Below, in pieces: positions 24,124 to 31,803 of a DNA stretch of 32,131 bases (positions are counted from its first letter, which is position 1; each line of letters starts with the position of its first letter). The notes under the pieces are model-generated. The model searched no databases, was not told the DNA's origin, and saw only the letters and a program-made list of their open reading frames with translations. The translations under genes were made by a program, and so were the position numbers. This DNA is from an uncultured Acidimicrobiaceae bacterium (GTDB lineage Bacteria > Actinomycetota > Acidimicrobiia > Spongiisociales > UBA5794), in NCBI GenBank assembly GCA_947258635.1, contig CAMYJM010000008.1, positions 1-32,131 of the forward strand, written 5' to 3'.

Positions 24124-25416
24124 ATGGGAATACCCTTTCCCGGGCGTACGAGGAACCGAAGACAGGTGCCCAGGTTGATTCCGCTGGCCGAGATCGTCTC
24201 GTCGGGACTGTGCATCGGCTGTGGCCTGTGTAAGTCGATCGCGCCGACTTCGATCGAGATCCGAATGACCGACACGGGCGGAGAACGACCGGTTGAGCGG
24301 GCACCACTCCCCGACGAGGCGCTGTCCCTGATCAACGAGGTGTGCCCCGGGCTCCGTGTCGAGCTGGGCCCAACCGATGCTCCCGTCGACCCGATGTGGG
24401 GTCCAGTGTTGCGCCTCGCCCGCGGATACTCCGCCGAGCCTGCGGTTCGCTTTCGCGCCGCCACGGGCGGGGTGCTCTCCGGCCTCGGCCGCTACGTGCT
24501 CGAAACCCGCCGGGTCGAACGGGTGCTCCACGTCGCACCCAAAGCGGACGACCCGCTGTATTGGGGTGCGCATGTGAGCATGACGCCCGATGACATCATG
24601 ACCGGGTCCGGCTCCCGCTATGGACCGGCCGCCGCGCTGACTCCACTAATGGAGCTGATCGAGCAGGGGCTGCCCCTGGCGGTGGTCGCCAAGCCGTGCG
24701 ATGCGGCCGCGGTCCGCAACTTGATCGCGGCCCGTCCCGATACCGGCGACGTGGTCCGCTACCTGCTGGTGATGGCGTGCGGTGGCGCGTCGCGGATGAC
24801 GAAGAACTGGCGCCTGCTCGACGAGTTCGGTGTGCATCGAGCCGATGTCGCCGCCCTCCAGCATCGCGGGCACGGCAACCCCGGCCCGATCCGGGTCGTC
24901 ACCGACGACGGACGGGAATTCGCCACGACATACCTGGCGATGTGGGCGGATGAGGGCACGTGGGATCTGCAATGGCGGTGCAAGGTGTGCCCGGACGGAA
25001 TGGGAGAGGTCGCCGATCTGGTGGCGCTCGATTGCTGGCCGGGAGGCGTCCCGGTAGGTGAAGACGGCGGATTCAACGGGATCGTCGCTCGCACCGCCGC
25101 CGGCGCCGAGCTGCTCGCCGCGGCCGTAGCCGACGGGGCGCTCGTGCTGACCCACGATGAACTGCCGATCGATGAGACCCTCGAGGATTGGCAGCCCCAC
25201 CAATCACGACGCAAAACGGCAGTGGCGTCGCGGCTGCGTGCGATGGCCGCGGCCGGGCTGCCCGAGATGGCAACAACCGGGCTCCGACTCGACGCTGCTG
25301 AGAAACGCCTCTCGGCGCAGGAACGCGCTGAGGAGTACGCCGGCGCTCTCGAGCGCATCCGCCGCGGGGTGGACGGGGAGCCCTATAGCGATGCATCCGG
25401 CACGGCCCCCGAATGA
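24124..25416 (+). CDS. FrhB/FdhB-like (coenzyme F420 hydrogenase/dehydrogenase beta-subunit family) Fe-S flavoprotein
   Basis: N-terminal CIGCGLC...VCPG is a split 4Fe-4S motif. Family contexts are GGVLSGL, VAKPCDAAAVRNL, MACGG and CKVCPDGMGEVADLVALDCWPG. The start is uncertain: ATG 24124, or GTG 24166 with GAGGAA 10 nt upstream. The ORF-track start at 24007 adds low-GC3 codons. Confidence 0.75.
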   Translation: MGIPFPGRTRNRRQVPRLIPLAEIVSSGLCIGCGLCKSIAPTSIEIRMTDTGGERPVERAPLPDEALSLINEVCPGLRVELGPTDAPVDPMWGPVLRLARGYSAEPAVRFRAATGGVLSGLGRYVLETRRVERVLHVAPKADDPLYWGAHVSMTPDDIMTGSGSRYGPAAALTPLMELIEQGLPLAVVAKPCDAAAVRNLIAARPDTGDVVRYLLVMACGGASRMTKNWRLLDEFGVHRADVAALQHRGHGNPGPIRVVTDDGREFATTYLAMWADEGTWDLQWRCKVCPDGMGEVADLVALDCWPGGVPVGEDGGFNGIVARTAAGAELLAAAVADGALVLTHDELPIDETLEDWQPHQSRRKTAVASRLRAMAAAGLPEMATTGLRLDAAEKRLSAQERAEEYAGALERIRRGVDGEPYSDASGTAPE

Positions 25417-25540
25417 TCCGATTCGCAGAAGTCCGCACGTCGCGCCGACCGGGTTCGCCCTCATGGCGGTGCGCCGATGCTCCCTCGACACCGCCCGCGT
25501 CGAGTTGCCACAATGTGAAGCCGCCAACGGAGGAGCCAGC

Positions 25541-27073
25541 GTGTCGAAGCCGCCGGAACGCCCCGTGCGTAGAGGTCGCCAAGCCCGGTTGGCCGCCCGG
25601 CGCAGGCGGCCGGATCGCCTCGGCGCCACCTGGCGCCGCATCCCGCCACTGGACCTGCTGACCGAAGACGAGCTGCAACGGGTCCACGACGCGTCGATGG
25701 ACATCCTCGAAGAGGTCGGTATCGAGTTCCGTGACGATGTCGCACTACAGCATTGGCGCCGGGCCGGCGCCACAGTCGAAGGGCATCTCGTTCGTATCGA
25801 TCGCGAGCTTCTCATGGAGCTCATCGCCCTGGCCCCGGCAGAGTTCCCCGTTACCGGACGGGGACCCGACACCGCCTTCACGATGGGCGGCGACTGGACG
25901 GTCTTCTCCCCAATGCAGGGCGCCCCGTTCGTGCGCGACCTGGAGGGGGTGCGACGCTGGTCGACCGCAGCCGACCTCGACAATCTCGCCAAGCTCACCC
26001 ATTCCCTGGGTGCCCACCAGCTGGGCAGCGGCTTCGTGTGTGAACCGATGGATGTGGCCGTGCACCATCGCCATCTGAACGTCAACTACGCACACCTCGT
26101 CTACACCGACCTGCCGCACTTCGGCCTGACGACCAGCCGCGAGAAGGCCGAGGACTCGGTGGAGATGGCGCGCATCGTCTACGGCGACGACCTCATGCGA
26201 GACAGCGTCGTGGTATTCGGACATTGCTCGGGAAACAGCCCACTGGTGTGGGACCAAACGATGCTCGAGGGCCTACGGGCGTTTGCCACAGCCGGCCAGG
26301 GCGTTCTCCTCTCTCCCTTCGTGCTCGGCGCCGCCAACACGCCCGCCGACGTTGCCGCCACGGTCGCCCAGCTCAATGCCGAGACGTTGGCCGCCATCAG
26401 CTACGCCCAGCTCGTCCATCCCGGCGCCAGGACCATCTACGGGCAGTTCACGGTCTCGGTTTCCATGCGGACGGGATCGCCCATGGCCGGTACTCCGGAA
26501 GTAACCCTCATCAATGCAATCGTTGGCCAGCTTGCCCGGCGGTACCGCCTCCCCTGGCGCACGACGGGCGCCCAGGCCTCGGCCAAGTCTTTCGACGCCC
26601 AATCAGGGTATGAGTCGGCGACATCGATGATGGGCGGGATAGCGGCCGGAGCCAATCTCATGCTGCACACCGGCGGATGGGATGAGAGCGGGTTGACGAA
26701 TTGTTACGGGAAATTCGTGGTCGACGCCGAACAGAACACGCTGATCGCCCGGTTCGCCTCGGGAGTCTCTTTCGACCGGTTCGACGAGGCACTCCAGGCC
26801 GTGCGCCGCGTCGGCCCCGGGGGCCACTACCTCGGCGACCCGTTCACCTTGGAGCAATTCCGCGAGGCATTCTCGATGCCGGAGCTGATGGACTTCACCA
26901 ATTACGAGCAGTGGACGGCGGCCGGGAGCTGGGACACGGCGAAGCGCGCTCGGGAGCGGGCCAAACAGATACTGGCCGAATATGAACGTCCGCCGATCGA
27001 AGACGCGGCGCTGGCCGAGCTCGACGACTTCGTCGCCCGCCGGCGCCGCGACATCGACGGCGAGGTTCGCTAG
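25541..27073 (+). CDS. trimethylamine methyltransferase (MttB) superfamily protein, non-pyrrolysine member
   Basis: 510 aa from GTG 25541, with GGAGGAG 5 nt upstream. The ORF-track start at 25157 would overlap the upstream gene. LTEDELQRVHDASMDILEEVGIEF...ALQHWRRAGATV is the typical MttB-family N-terminus, and the length fits. The ORF is uninterrupted with no in-frame TAG. Confidence 0.8.
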   Translation: MSKPPERPVRRGRQARLAARRRRPDRLGATWRRIPPLDLLTEDELQRVHDASMDILEEVGIEFRDDVALQHWRRAGATVEGHLVRIDRELLMELIALAPAEFPVTGRGPDTAFTMGGDWTVFSPMQGAPFVRDLEGVRRWSTAADLDNLAKLTHSLGAHQLGSGFVCEPMDVAVHHRHLNVNYAHLVYTDLPHFGLTTSREKAEDSVEMARIVYGDDLMRDSVVVFGHCSGNSPLVWDQTMLEGLRAFATAGQGVLLSPFVLGAANTPADVAATVAQLNAETLAAISYAQLVHPGARTIYGQFTVSVSMRTGSPMAGTPEVTLINAIVGQLARRYRLPWRTTGAQASAKSFDAQSGYESATSMMGGIAAGANLMLHTGGWDESGLTNCYGKFVVDAEQNTLIARFASGVSFDRFDEALQAVRRVGPGGHYLGDPFTLEQFREAFSMPELMDFTNYEQWTAAGSWDTAKRARERAKQILAEYERPPIEDAALAELDDFVARRRRDIDGEVR

Positions 27074-27116
27074 GGATCCCAAGGCATGCGACACCGGCGA
27101 CAGAGTTGACCTGCCA

Positions 27117-27974
27117 TCAGGGAACCGGCGGCGGTTCCCCGTACGAGACGGTGACGCCGTAGATCCCGGTGTCCCAGCCGTCGGCGACAACGGTGCATCC
27201 GGCGTAGTAGGCATACTCGGAGTTGTCGATGCGGCCTTGCACGACTTGGTCGGTCGAAAGAGCCGTGGCGCCTGGCGCGCCCGCCGTGATCACGTTGGAC
27301 ACCAGGTTGTTGGTCGTTCCGATGCCGGTCAGCAGCCCGGTGCGGAACAATGCGCACTCGACCCCGGCGCTGGGACTGGAGTCTTGTACGGCGAACGTCA
27401 CCGAGGTGACTTGAACCCCGTGCGGAAGCCCCACCGGGCAGCGGAAGAAGGCGCTCAGCGACCCGGGCCCGACCGATATGAGCGGCCCCGATGTTCTGAA
27501 GTCGACCGAGGAAGATGCGGCCGCCCAGGCGTTGCCCGGACAGCTCCACGCCCCGACCTTGGTGACAAACGACGTTGAGTCGAGGCCGTCGAGCCTTTCC
27601 GCGTTGTCGACGACTCGATTCCGGTTCTTGTCATACCTGGCTTTCAGCATGAAGGCGGCGCTGCTTCTGCCGTCCAGACGATCGGCGTTCAACCTCCTGA
27701 CCCGCGCCGTTGAGTTGACCACGAACGGCGGCCGGCCGTCCTCCACACGAACCTCGATCCCGGTGCCGTTGGGCGCCTTGTTGGTGACGAGCAGCATGGC
27801 GTCACGGCCGTCGCTGCCAGTCAACGTCGTGCGCTTGTTCACGACGTTCACGGTCCCCTGGAGGACCGGCTCCCCTATGCCGGCGATCACCGGAACTGCC
27901 GATGCGAGCAGCAGCCCCGTCATCACACCAACGAACCAGCCTGCCCAAGGGCTCCGGCGACGTTCACGACTCAT
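27117..27974 (-). CDS. secreted hypothetical protein with tandem NA[DE]RLDG tail-fibre-like motifs and a 4-Cys C-terminal domain
   Basis: Start at ATG 27974, 6 nt after GAGGAG. Signal-like RRRSPWAGWFVGVMTGLLLASAVPVIAG. Motifs RLNADRLDGRSSAAF and VDNAERLDGLDSTSF lie 28 aa apart. Confidence 0.65.
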   Translation of the reverse strand: MSRERRRSPWAGWFVGVMTGLLLASAVPVIAGIGEPVLQGTVNVVNKRTTLTGSDGRDAMLLVTNKAPNGTGIEVRVEDGRPPFVVNSTARVRRLNADRLDGRSSAAFMLKARYDKNRNRVVDNAERLDGLDSTSFVTKVGAWSCPGNAWAAASSSVDFRTSGPLISVGPGSLSAFFRCPVGLPHGVQVTSVTFAVQDSSPSAGVECALFRTGLLTGIGTTNNLVSNVITAGAPGATALSTDQVVQGRIDNSEYAYYAGCTVVADGWDTGIYGVTVSYGEPPPVP

Positions 27975-28117
27975 CGTCATCTCCTCTGGTCACTCCAGGC
28001 GCAACCCCGGCGGCCTCTCGCCGCGGCCGCGACGAGGACCTGCCGACGCTTTCCCCAACACCCCCAACGTAACCGATGCGCTGTGTCCCCGACACCGGGG
28101 TTGACCCGAGATGCGTC

Positions 28118-29197
28118 CTACTGCCGCACGTCGATGACGAAGGATCCAACGTGCCGGCGGGCGGCGAGCGCCTCGAGCGCTCGCCGCATCTCGGAGAGAG
28201 GAAAGGTCCCGGCGACGATCGGCTCGATCTCGCCCCGCTCGATGTAGCCGATCAGGTTGGCGAACACTTGCGGCGGGAGCACGGTCGCTCCGTGCATCGT
28301 GAGGTCGTTGAGATAGAGAGTGCGCAGATCGAGCGGGACGATGGGCCCACCGATGGCCCCGGCGACCGTGTAGTGGCCGCCTCGCCGCACGGTCTCGAGA
28401 AGCGGTGCGAACGAGTCGCCGCCGACGACGTCGGCAAAGACGTCGACTCCCCCGGTGGCATCGAGCACGGCGGCGACGAGGTGCCCATCACCCCGGTCGA
28501 TGACGACGTCGGCGCCGACCGACTTCACCACCTCCACCTTGGCGGCGCTCGCGATCGCGATCACTCGGGCCCCCCGGCGCTTGGCGAGCTGGATCAGCCC
28601 CCCGCCGACCCCACCCGAGGCCCCGGTGACCAGCACCCATTGGCCGGGCGCTACGCCGGCTCGATGCAACATGTGCTCTGCGGTCGCATACGAGCAGGGG
28701 AAGCTGGCCAGCTCCACGTCGCTGAGGTTCGCGGTCACGAGGTGCGCGTTCACCGCCGGAACGGCGACATACTCGGCGTAGCCTCCATCCCGTTCCGAAC
28801 CGAGATAGCCGGCCTTGGTGAGATCACCGCCGGGGTCACGCACCCACGCATCGACTAGCACACGCTCGCCGACTCGCTCCGCTGACACGCCGGTGCCTAC
28901 TGCCACAATGCGGCCGGCCGGATCGGCTCCTTGGATCCGCGGGAACGTCAGCCGCCCACCCCATGACCCATCCTCGTCCGAGTCGGCCACCGCTTCACCG
29001 GTCGACCCGGTAACCGACTTCGAGTACCAGCCGGTCCTCGTGTTGATGTCCGTGTTGTTCATTCCGCAGGCGGCGACCTCGATGAGGACTTCGCCGGGTG
29101 CCGGTTGCGGCACGGCAACGTCTTCTCGGTATTCGAGCTTGTCGAGCCCGCCGTGACCGGTGAGCACAACGGCTCGCATCGTCTCGGGTAGAGCCAC
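28118..29197 (-). CDS. zinc-type/medium-chain dehydrogenase-reductase (quinone oxidoreductase-like)
   Basis: MRAVVLTGHGGLDKL..., PGEVLIEVAACGMNNTD, and the Rossmann motif VLVTGASGGVGGGLIQLAKRRGARV. GTG 29197 abuts the upstream TAG. ATG 29179 is an alternative start. Confidence 0.85.
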   Translation of the reverse strand: MALPETMRAVVLTGHGGLDKLEYREDVAVPQPAPGEVLIEVAACGMNNTDINTRTGWYSKSVTGSTGEAVADSDEDGSWGGRLTFPRIQGADPAGRIVAVGTGVSAERVGERVLVDAWVRDPGGDLTKAGYLGSERDGGYAEYVAVPAVNAHLVTANLSDVELASFPCSYATAEHMLHRAGVAPGQWVLVTGASGGVGGGLIQLAKRRGARVIAIASAAKVEVVKSVGADVVIDRGDGHLVAAVLDATGGVDVFADVVGGDSFAPLLETVRRGGHYTVAGAIGGPIVPLDLRTLYLNDLTMHGATVLPPQVFANLIGYIERGEIEPIVAGTFPLSEMRRALEALAARRHVGSFVIDVRQ

Positions 29198-29590
29198 CTA
29201 TCCCGCCGCGTCGGGCCGGGAACGGTGGAAATGGACCATCTTCCAGTCGCCATGTTCCTTGGCGAAGACACGGGTCTCATTCATTGCCGTGATCGTGACG
29301 ATGCCTTCGTCGTCTCGGGAAACCAGCAACGTGTAGCACGCGTAGGCGGCGTTCCCGTAGACCCGGATGACCGGGTCCACCAGTTCCAGATGGAATCTTT
29401 GCGGGATCTCTTGGCCCTCGGTCAGGAACACGTGAAAGCCGATGCCGTCAACACGATTGCCCCGAGTCTCCGGCTCGAAACATGTCAGAGTCTCACTGAC
29501 CAGTTGACGGTAAGTGGGTATGTCGGCACGCTGGATGCTGCTCAACAGACTCTCCAGAGACGCCTTGACGGCGGATTCGTCGTCGTTCAT
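29198..29590 (-). CDS. NTF2-like (DUF4440/CaMKII-association-domain-like) protein
   Basis: 130 aa. C-terminal NETRVFAKEHGDWKMVHFHRS resembles the CaMKII-AD/DUF4440 signature. The start overlaps the upstream gene by 4 nt (ATGA). Confidence 0.6.
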   Translation of the reverse strand: MNDDESAVKASLESLLSSIQRADIPTYRQLVSETLTCFEPETRGNRVDGIGFHVFLTEGQEIPQRFHLELVDPVIRVYGNAAYACYTLLVSRDDEGIVTITAMNETRVFAKEHGDWKMVHFHRSRPDAAG

Positions 29591-29976
29591 GAGCCACGAC
29601 CGGCATCGAACTCAGCAAACACCTTGTTGGCCACCCGGAAACACGATACGCCGGCCGGCATCCCGGCATATATGGCAATCTGGTGGAGAATCGTTTCGAG
29701 TTCCGGCCTGGTGAGGCCGTTGCGGATCGCCCCTCGGAAATGGAGCTCGAACTCTTCCATGCGATTGAGACCGGCGATCATCCCCAGGTTGACCATCGAC
29801 CGTTCCCGGAACGTCAGCGTGTCGTTGGCCCAGGTGCTACCCCAGGCGAATTCGGTGAGCAGCTCCTGGAAGCCCTGATTGAACTCGTCGGCCTCTGCCA
29901 GCGACTTCTCCACGTACTCCTCACCGAGGACGGCTTTGCGGGCGGCGAGGCCCCGCTCAAAACGTTCCGTGGTCAT
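29587..29976 (-). CDS. carboxymuconolactone decarboxylase (CMD/PcaC-like) family protein
   Basis: 129 aa. FAWGSTWANDTLTFRERSMVNLGMIAGLNRMEEFELHFRGAIRNGLTRPELETILHQIAIYAGMPAG is typical of 4-carboxymuconolactone decarboxylase-type CMD proteins. Confidence 0.75.
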   Translation of the reverse strand: MTTERFERGLAARKAVLGEEYVEKSLAEADEFNQGFQELLTEFAWGSTWANDTLTFRERSMVNLGMIAGLNRMEEFELHFRGAIRNGLTRPELETILHQIAIYAGMPAGVSCFRVANKVFAEFDAGRGS

Positions 29977-30155
29977 AAGCGTCCTTTCATTGTGCGGCCG
30001 GCAGCCGTGACTGCCGCGACCGCCTGTTCGAAGCTCCGCACCAGTATGGCGTCATCGACCTTGCTCCTGGGGTAGTCGCCGCCTCGACGCTAGATTCGGG
30101 TGCGTCCGACCCGATGCCCGCAAACCGGCGGGCAGCGCTACCAGAGGAGTTGATC

Positions 30156-30719
30156 ATGAACCTCCCGGATTTGATCGGCCGTGCCGCCACCCGAGCCAGC
30201 GATCTCGTTGCCGAGATCGGCAAGGTCGATTTCGACGCCCCGACCACCTGCAGCGAATTCGACCAGCGAGCGCTCGCCAACCACTTGACCGGCTTTCTCC
30301 CGTATTCGGCGAATGCCGCCCGCCGCGGACCCGCCATGGAAGGGGAGGCGCCCGACTTCTCTGCATCCCCCGAGTGGGTTGCCCAGTTCGCCGCGATGGC
30401 CGCGGACACTGCGGCGGCATGGTCCGAGCCCGGCGCCATGGACGGCTCCGTGCAGTTCGGCAGGGGTGAAATGCCTGCGCAGAACGCCGCAGGCATCACG
30501 CTGATGGAGTTGACCATCCATGCTTGGGATCTGGCTCGCTCGACCGGCCATAGCTTCTCGACCGACCCCGACATCGCAGAGACGGTCAAGCACATCGTGG
30601 ACCAGGCGGTCCAGGGAGGCGGCGGTGACTTCTTTGCCCCGCCCGTCGAAACAACTAGCAATGACTCTCTTTATCAGGCCCTCGCTCTGAGCGGTCGCGA
30701 CCCGGCTTTCGGCTCCTAA
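30156..30719 (+). CDS. DinB-like, mycothiol-dependent maleylpyruvate isomerase N-domain (TIGR03086-type) protein
   Basis: Start at ATG 30156, with GAGGAG 6 nt upstream. PTTCSEFDQRALANHL..., MELTIHAWDLARSTG and a C-terminal ALALSGRDP are typical of the family. Confidence 0.65.
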   Translation: MNLPDLIGRAATRASDLVAEIGKVDFDAPTTCSEFDQRALANHLTGFLPYSANAARRGPAMEGEAPDFSASPEWVAQFAAMAADTAAAWSEPGAMDGSVQFGRGEMPAQNAAGITLMELTIHAWDLARSTGHSFSTDPDIAETVKHIVDQAVQGGGGDFFAPPVETTSNDSLYQALALSGRDPAFGS

Positions 30720-31304
30720 CCAACACACGCCTGATGACGATGCCTTCAGCCCGCCGGTGCTCGGCGGCGGGGTCTCGTGACCGATTGCCGCGGCGTCCGC
30801 CCCTGCGCCGGGCGCTGCGGCTGCGTCCCGGCGAGGCCCTCCGGTACGAGTGAACTGCACGCGCTGGGCGCCAGCCGCGACCACGATCCCGTGCGGGACG
30901 AGCATGGACCGCTGCCCGAAACAGGCCGCACCGACTCCCCCAGATGGCCTCTTGGCATCGCGGTAGGGCGACTCGCTATCGCCGCCGGACTCGCTGCTGT
31001 GACACTCGTTCGCCGGAGCCGCGAGAAGCACAACAGGCCGTGAGGGCTCCTGGTGGTGCTCGTCCACCGCGGCGGTTTCACGCCGACCTGTGATGAAGAC
31101 CGACTAGTACGGAAGCGAATCGGCTACAGTTGATTCTGTAAGTGCGCACGAGGCGCACACGCCCGCTTCACCTTTCCAATCCGTCCGGTGAAGCATCCGC
31201 AGGACATGCCAGTTCCCGTCGCCGCCCTTTGGTCGGCTCCAGAACCCGCAGATCAGGCGGGGCGTCGGCCGACGACGGTTAGACGCTTCTGAAGGAGCAA
31301 CACA

Positions 31305-31559
31305 ATGTCCAGCAATATCTACGTGGGGAATCTCACGTTCAACACGACGACCGCCGACCTCGAGTCGTTGTTCGGTCAGCACGGTGAGGTCAAGAAGGCG
31401 CAGGTCATCACCGACCGTGACACCGGCCGCTCACGCGGCTTCGGCTTCGTCGAGATGGCAACATCGGAAGAGGCCACTGCGGCGATCAACTCGCTCAACG
31501 GCAAGAACGTCGACGGCCGCGACCTCACGGTGAACATTGCCAAGGAGCGCTCCCGCTGA
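31305..31559 (+). CDS. RRM-domain RNA-binding protein
   Basis: 84 aa. RNP-2 IYVGNL and RNP-1 RGFGFVEM. GAAGGAG lies 7 nt upstream of the ATG. Confidence 0.9.
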   Translation: MSSNIYVGNLTFNTTTADLESLFGQHGEVKKAQVITDRDTGRSRGFGFVEMATSEEATAAINSLNGKNVDGRDLTVNIAKERSR

Positions 31560-31768
31560 AAGCTGGTTCCGCCAAGATTATCGACGGCGGAAGGCAACGG
31601 TGTGTGGGCTGTGGGCATCCCCGCAAGGAACACCGCCGGACCGTCGGGTGCACCGTACCCAATTGCTCCTGCGCCGAGCACCAGCTGGCTGGTGCCGATG
31701 GAGGCGGTAAGAAGGGCGGCCAGGACTCGTCCTGAGCTTCGGCCGGCGTAGTCGATACTGATCGATTT

Positions 31769-31796
31769 CGGGCAGCCATGCATGCATGGCTGCCCG
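31769..31796. terminator. perfect 12-bp GC-rich hairpin between convergent genes; candidate terminator
   Basis: CGGGCAGCCATG-CATG-CATGGCTGCCCG is a perfect 28-nt palindrome. It lies 8 nt beyond the stop of the CapA-family gene and 210 nt beyond the RRM gene stop. It is followed on the plus strand by GCTTCGTTC. Confidence 0.55.
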
Positions 31797-31803
31797 GCTT
31801 CGT

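Noticed and set aside
25157-25540. 128-codon N-terminal extension of the MttB-family ORF as given in the ORF track
   Set aside because: It would overlap the last 260 nt of the FrhB-like gene. The extension is Arg/Pro/Ser-rich with no family similarity. GTG 25541 has a near-perfect GGAGGAG RBS and precedes the conserved family N-terminus.
30138-31067. 309-aa minus-strand ORF covering the DinB-like gene and part of the gene-poor region
   Set aside because: Two thirds of it is antisense to a gene with a strong RBS and family motifs. The remaining N-terminal part has no recognisable features and cannot terminate before the overlap.
31206-31292. 28-codon upstream ORF (MPVPVAALWSAPEPADQAGRRPTTVRRF) whose TGA overlaps the RRM gene's Shine-Dalgarno sequence
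   Set aside because: The only purine-rich stretch (GCAGGA) lies 1 nt from the ATG, too close for an RBS. The peptide has no features. Without conservation data this is indistinguishable from chance.
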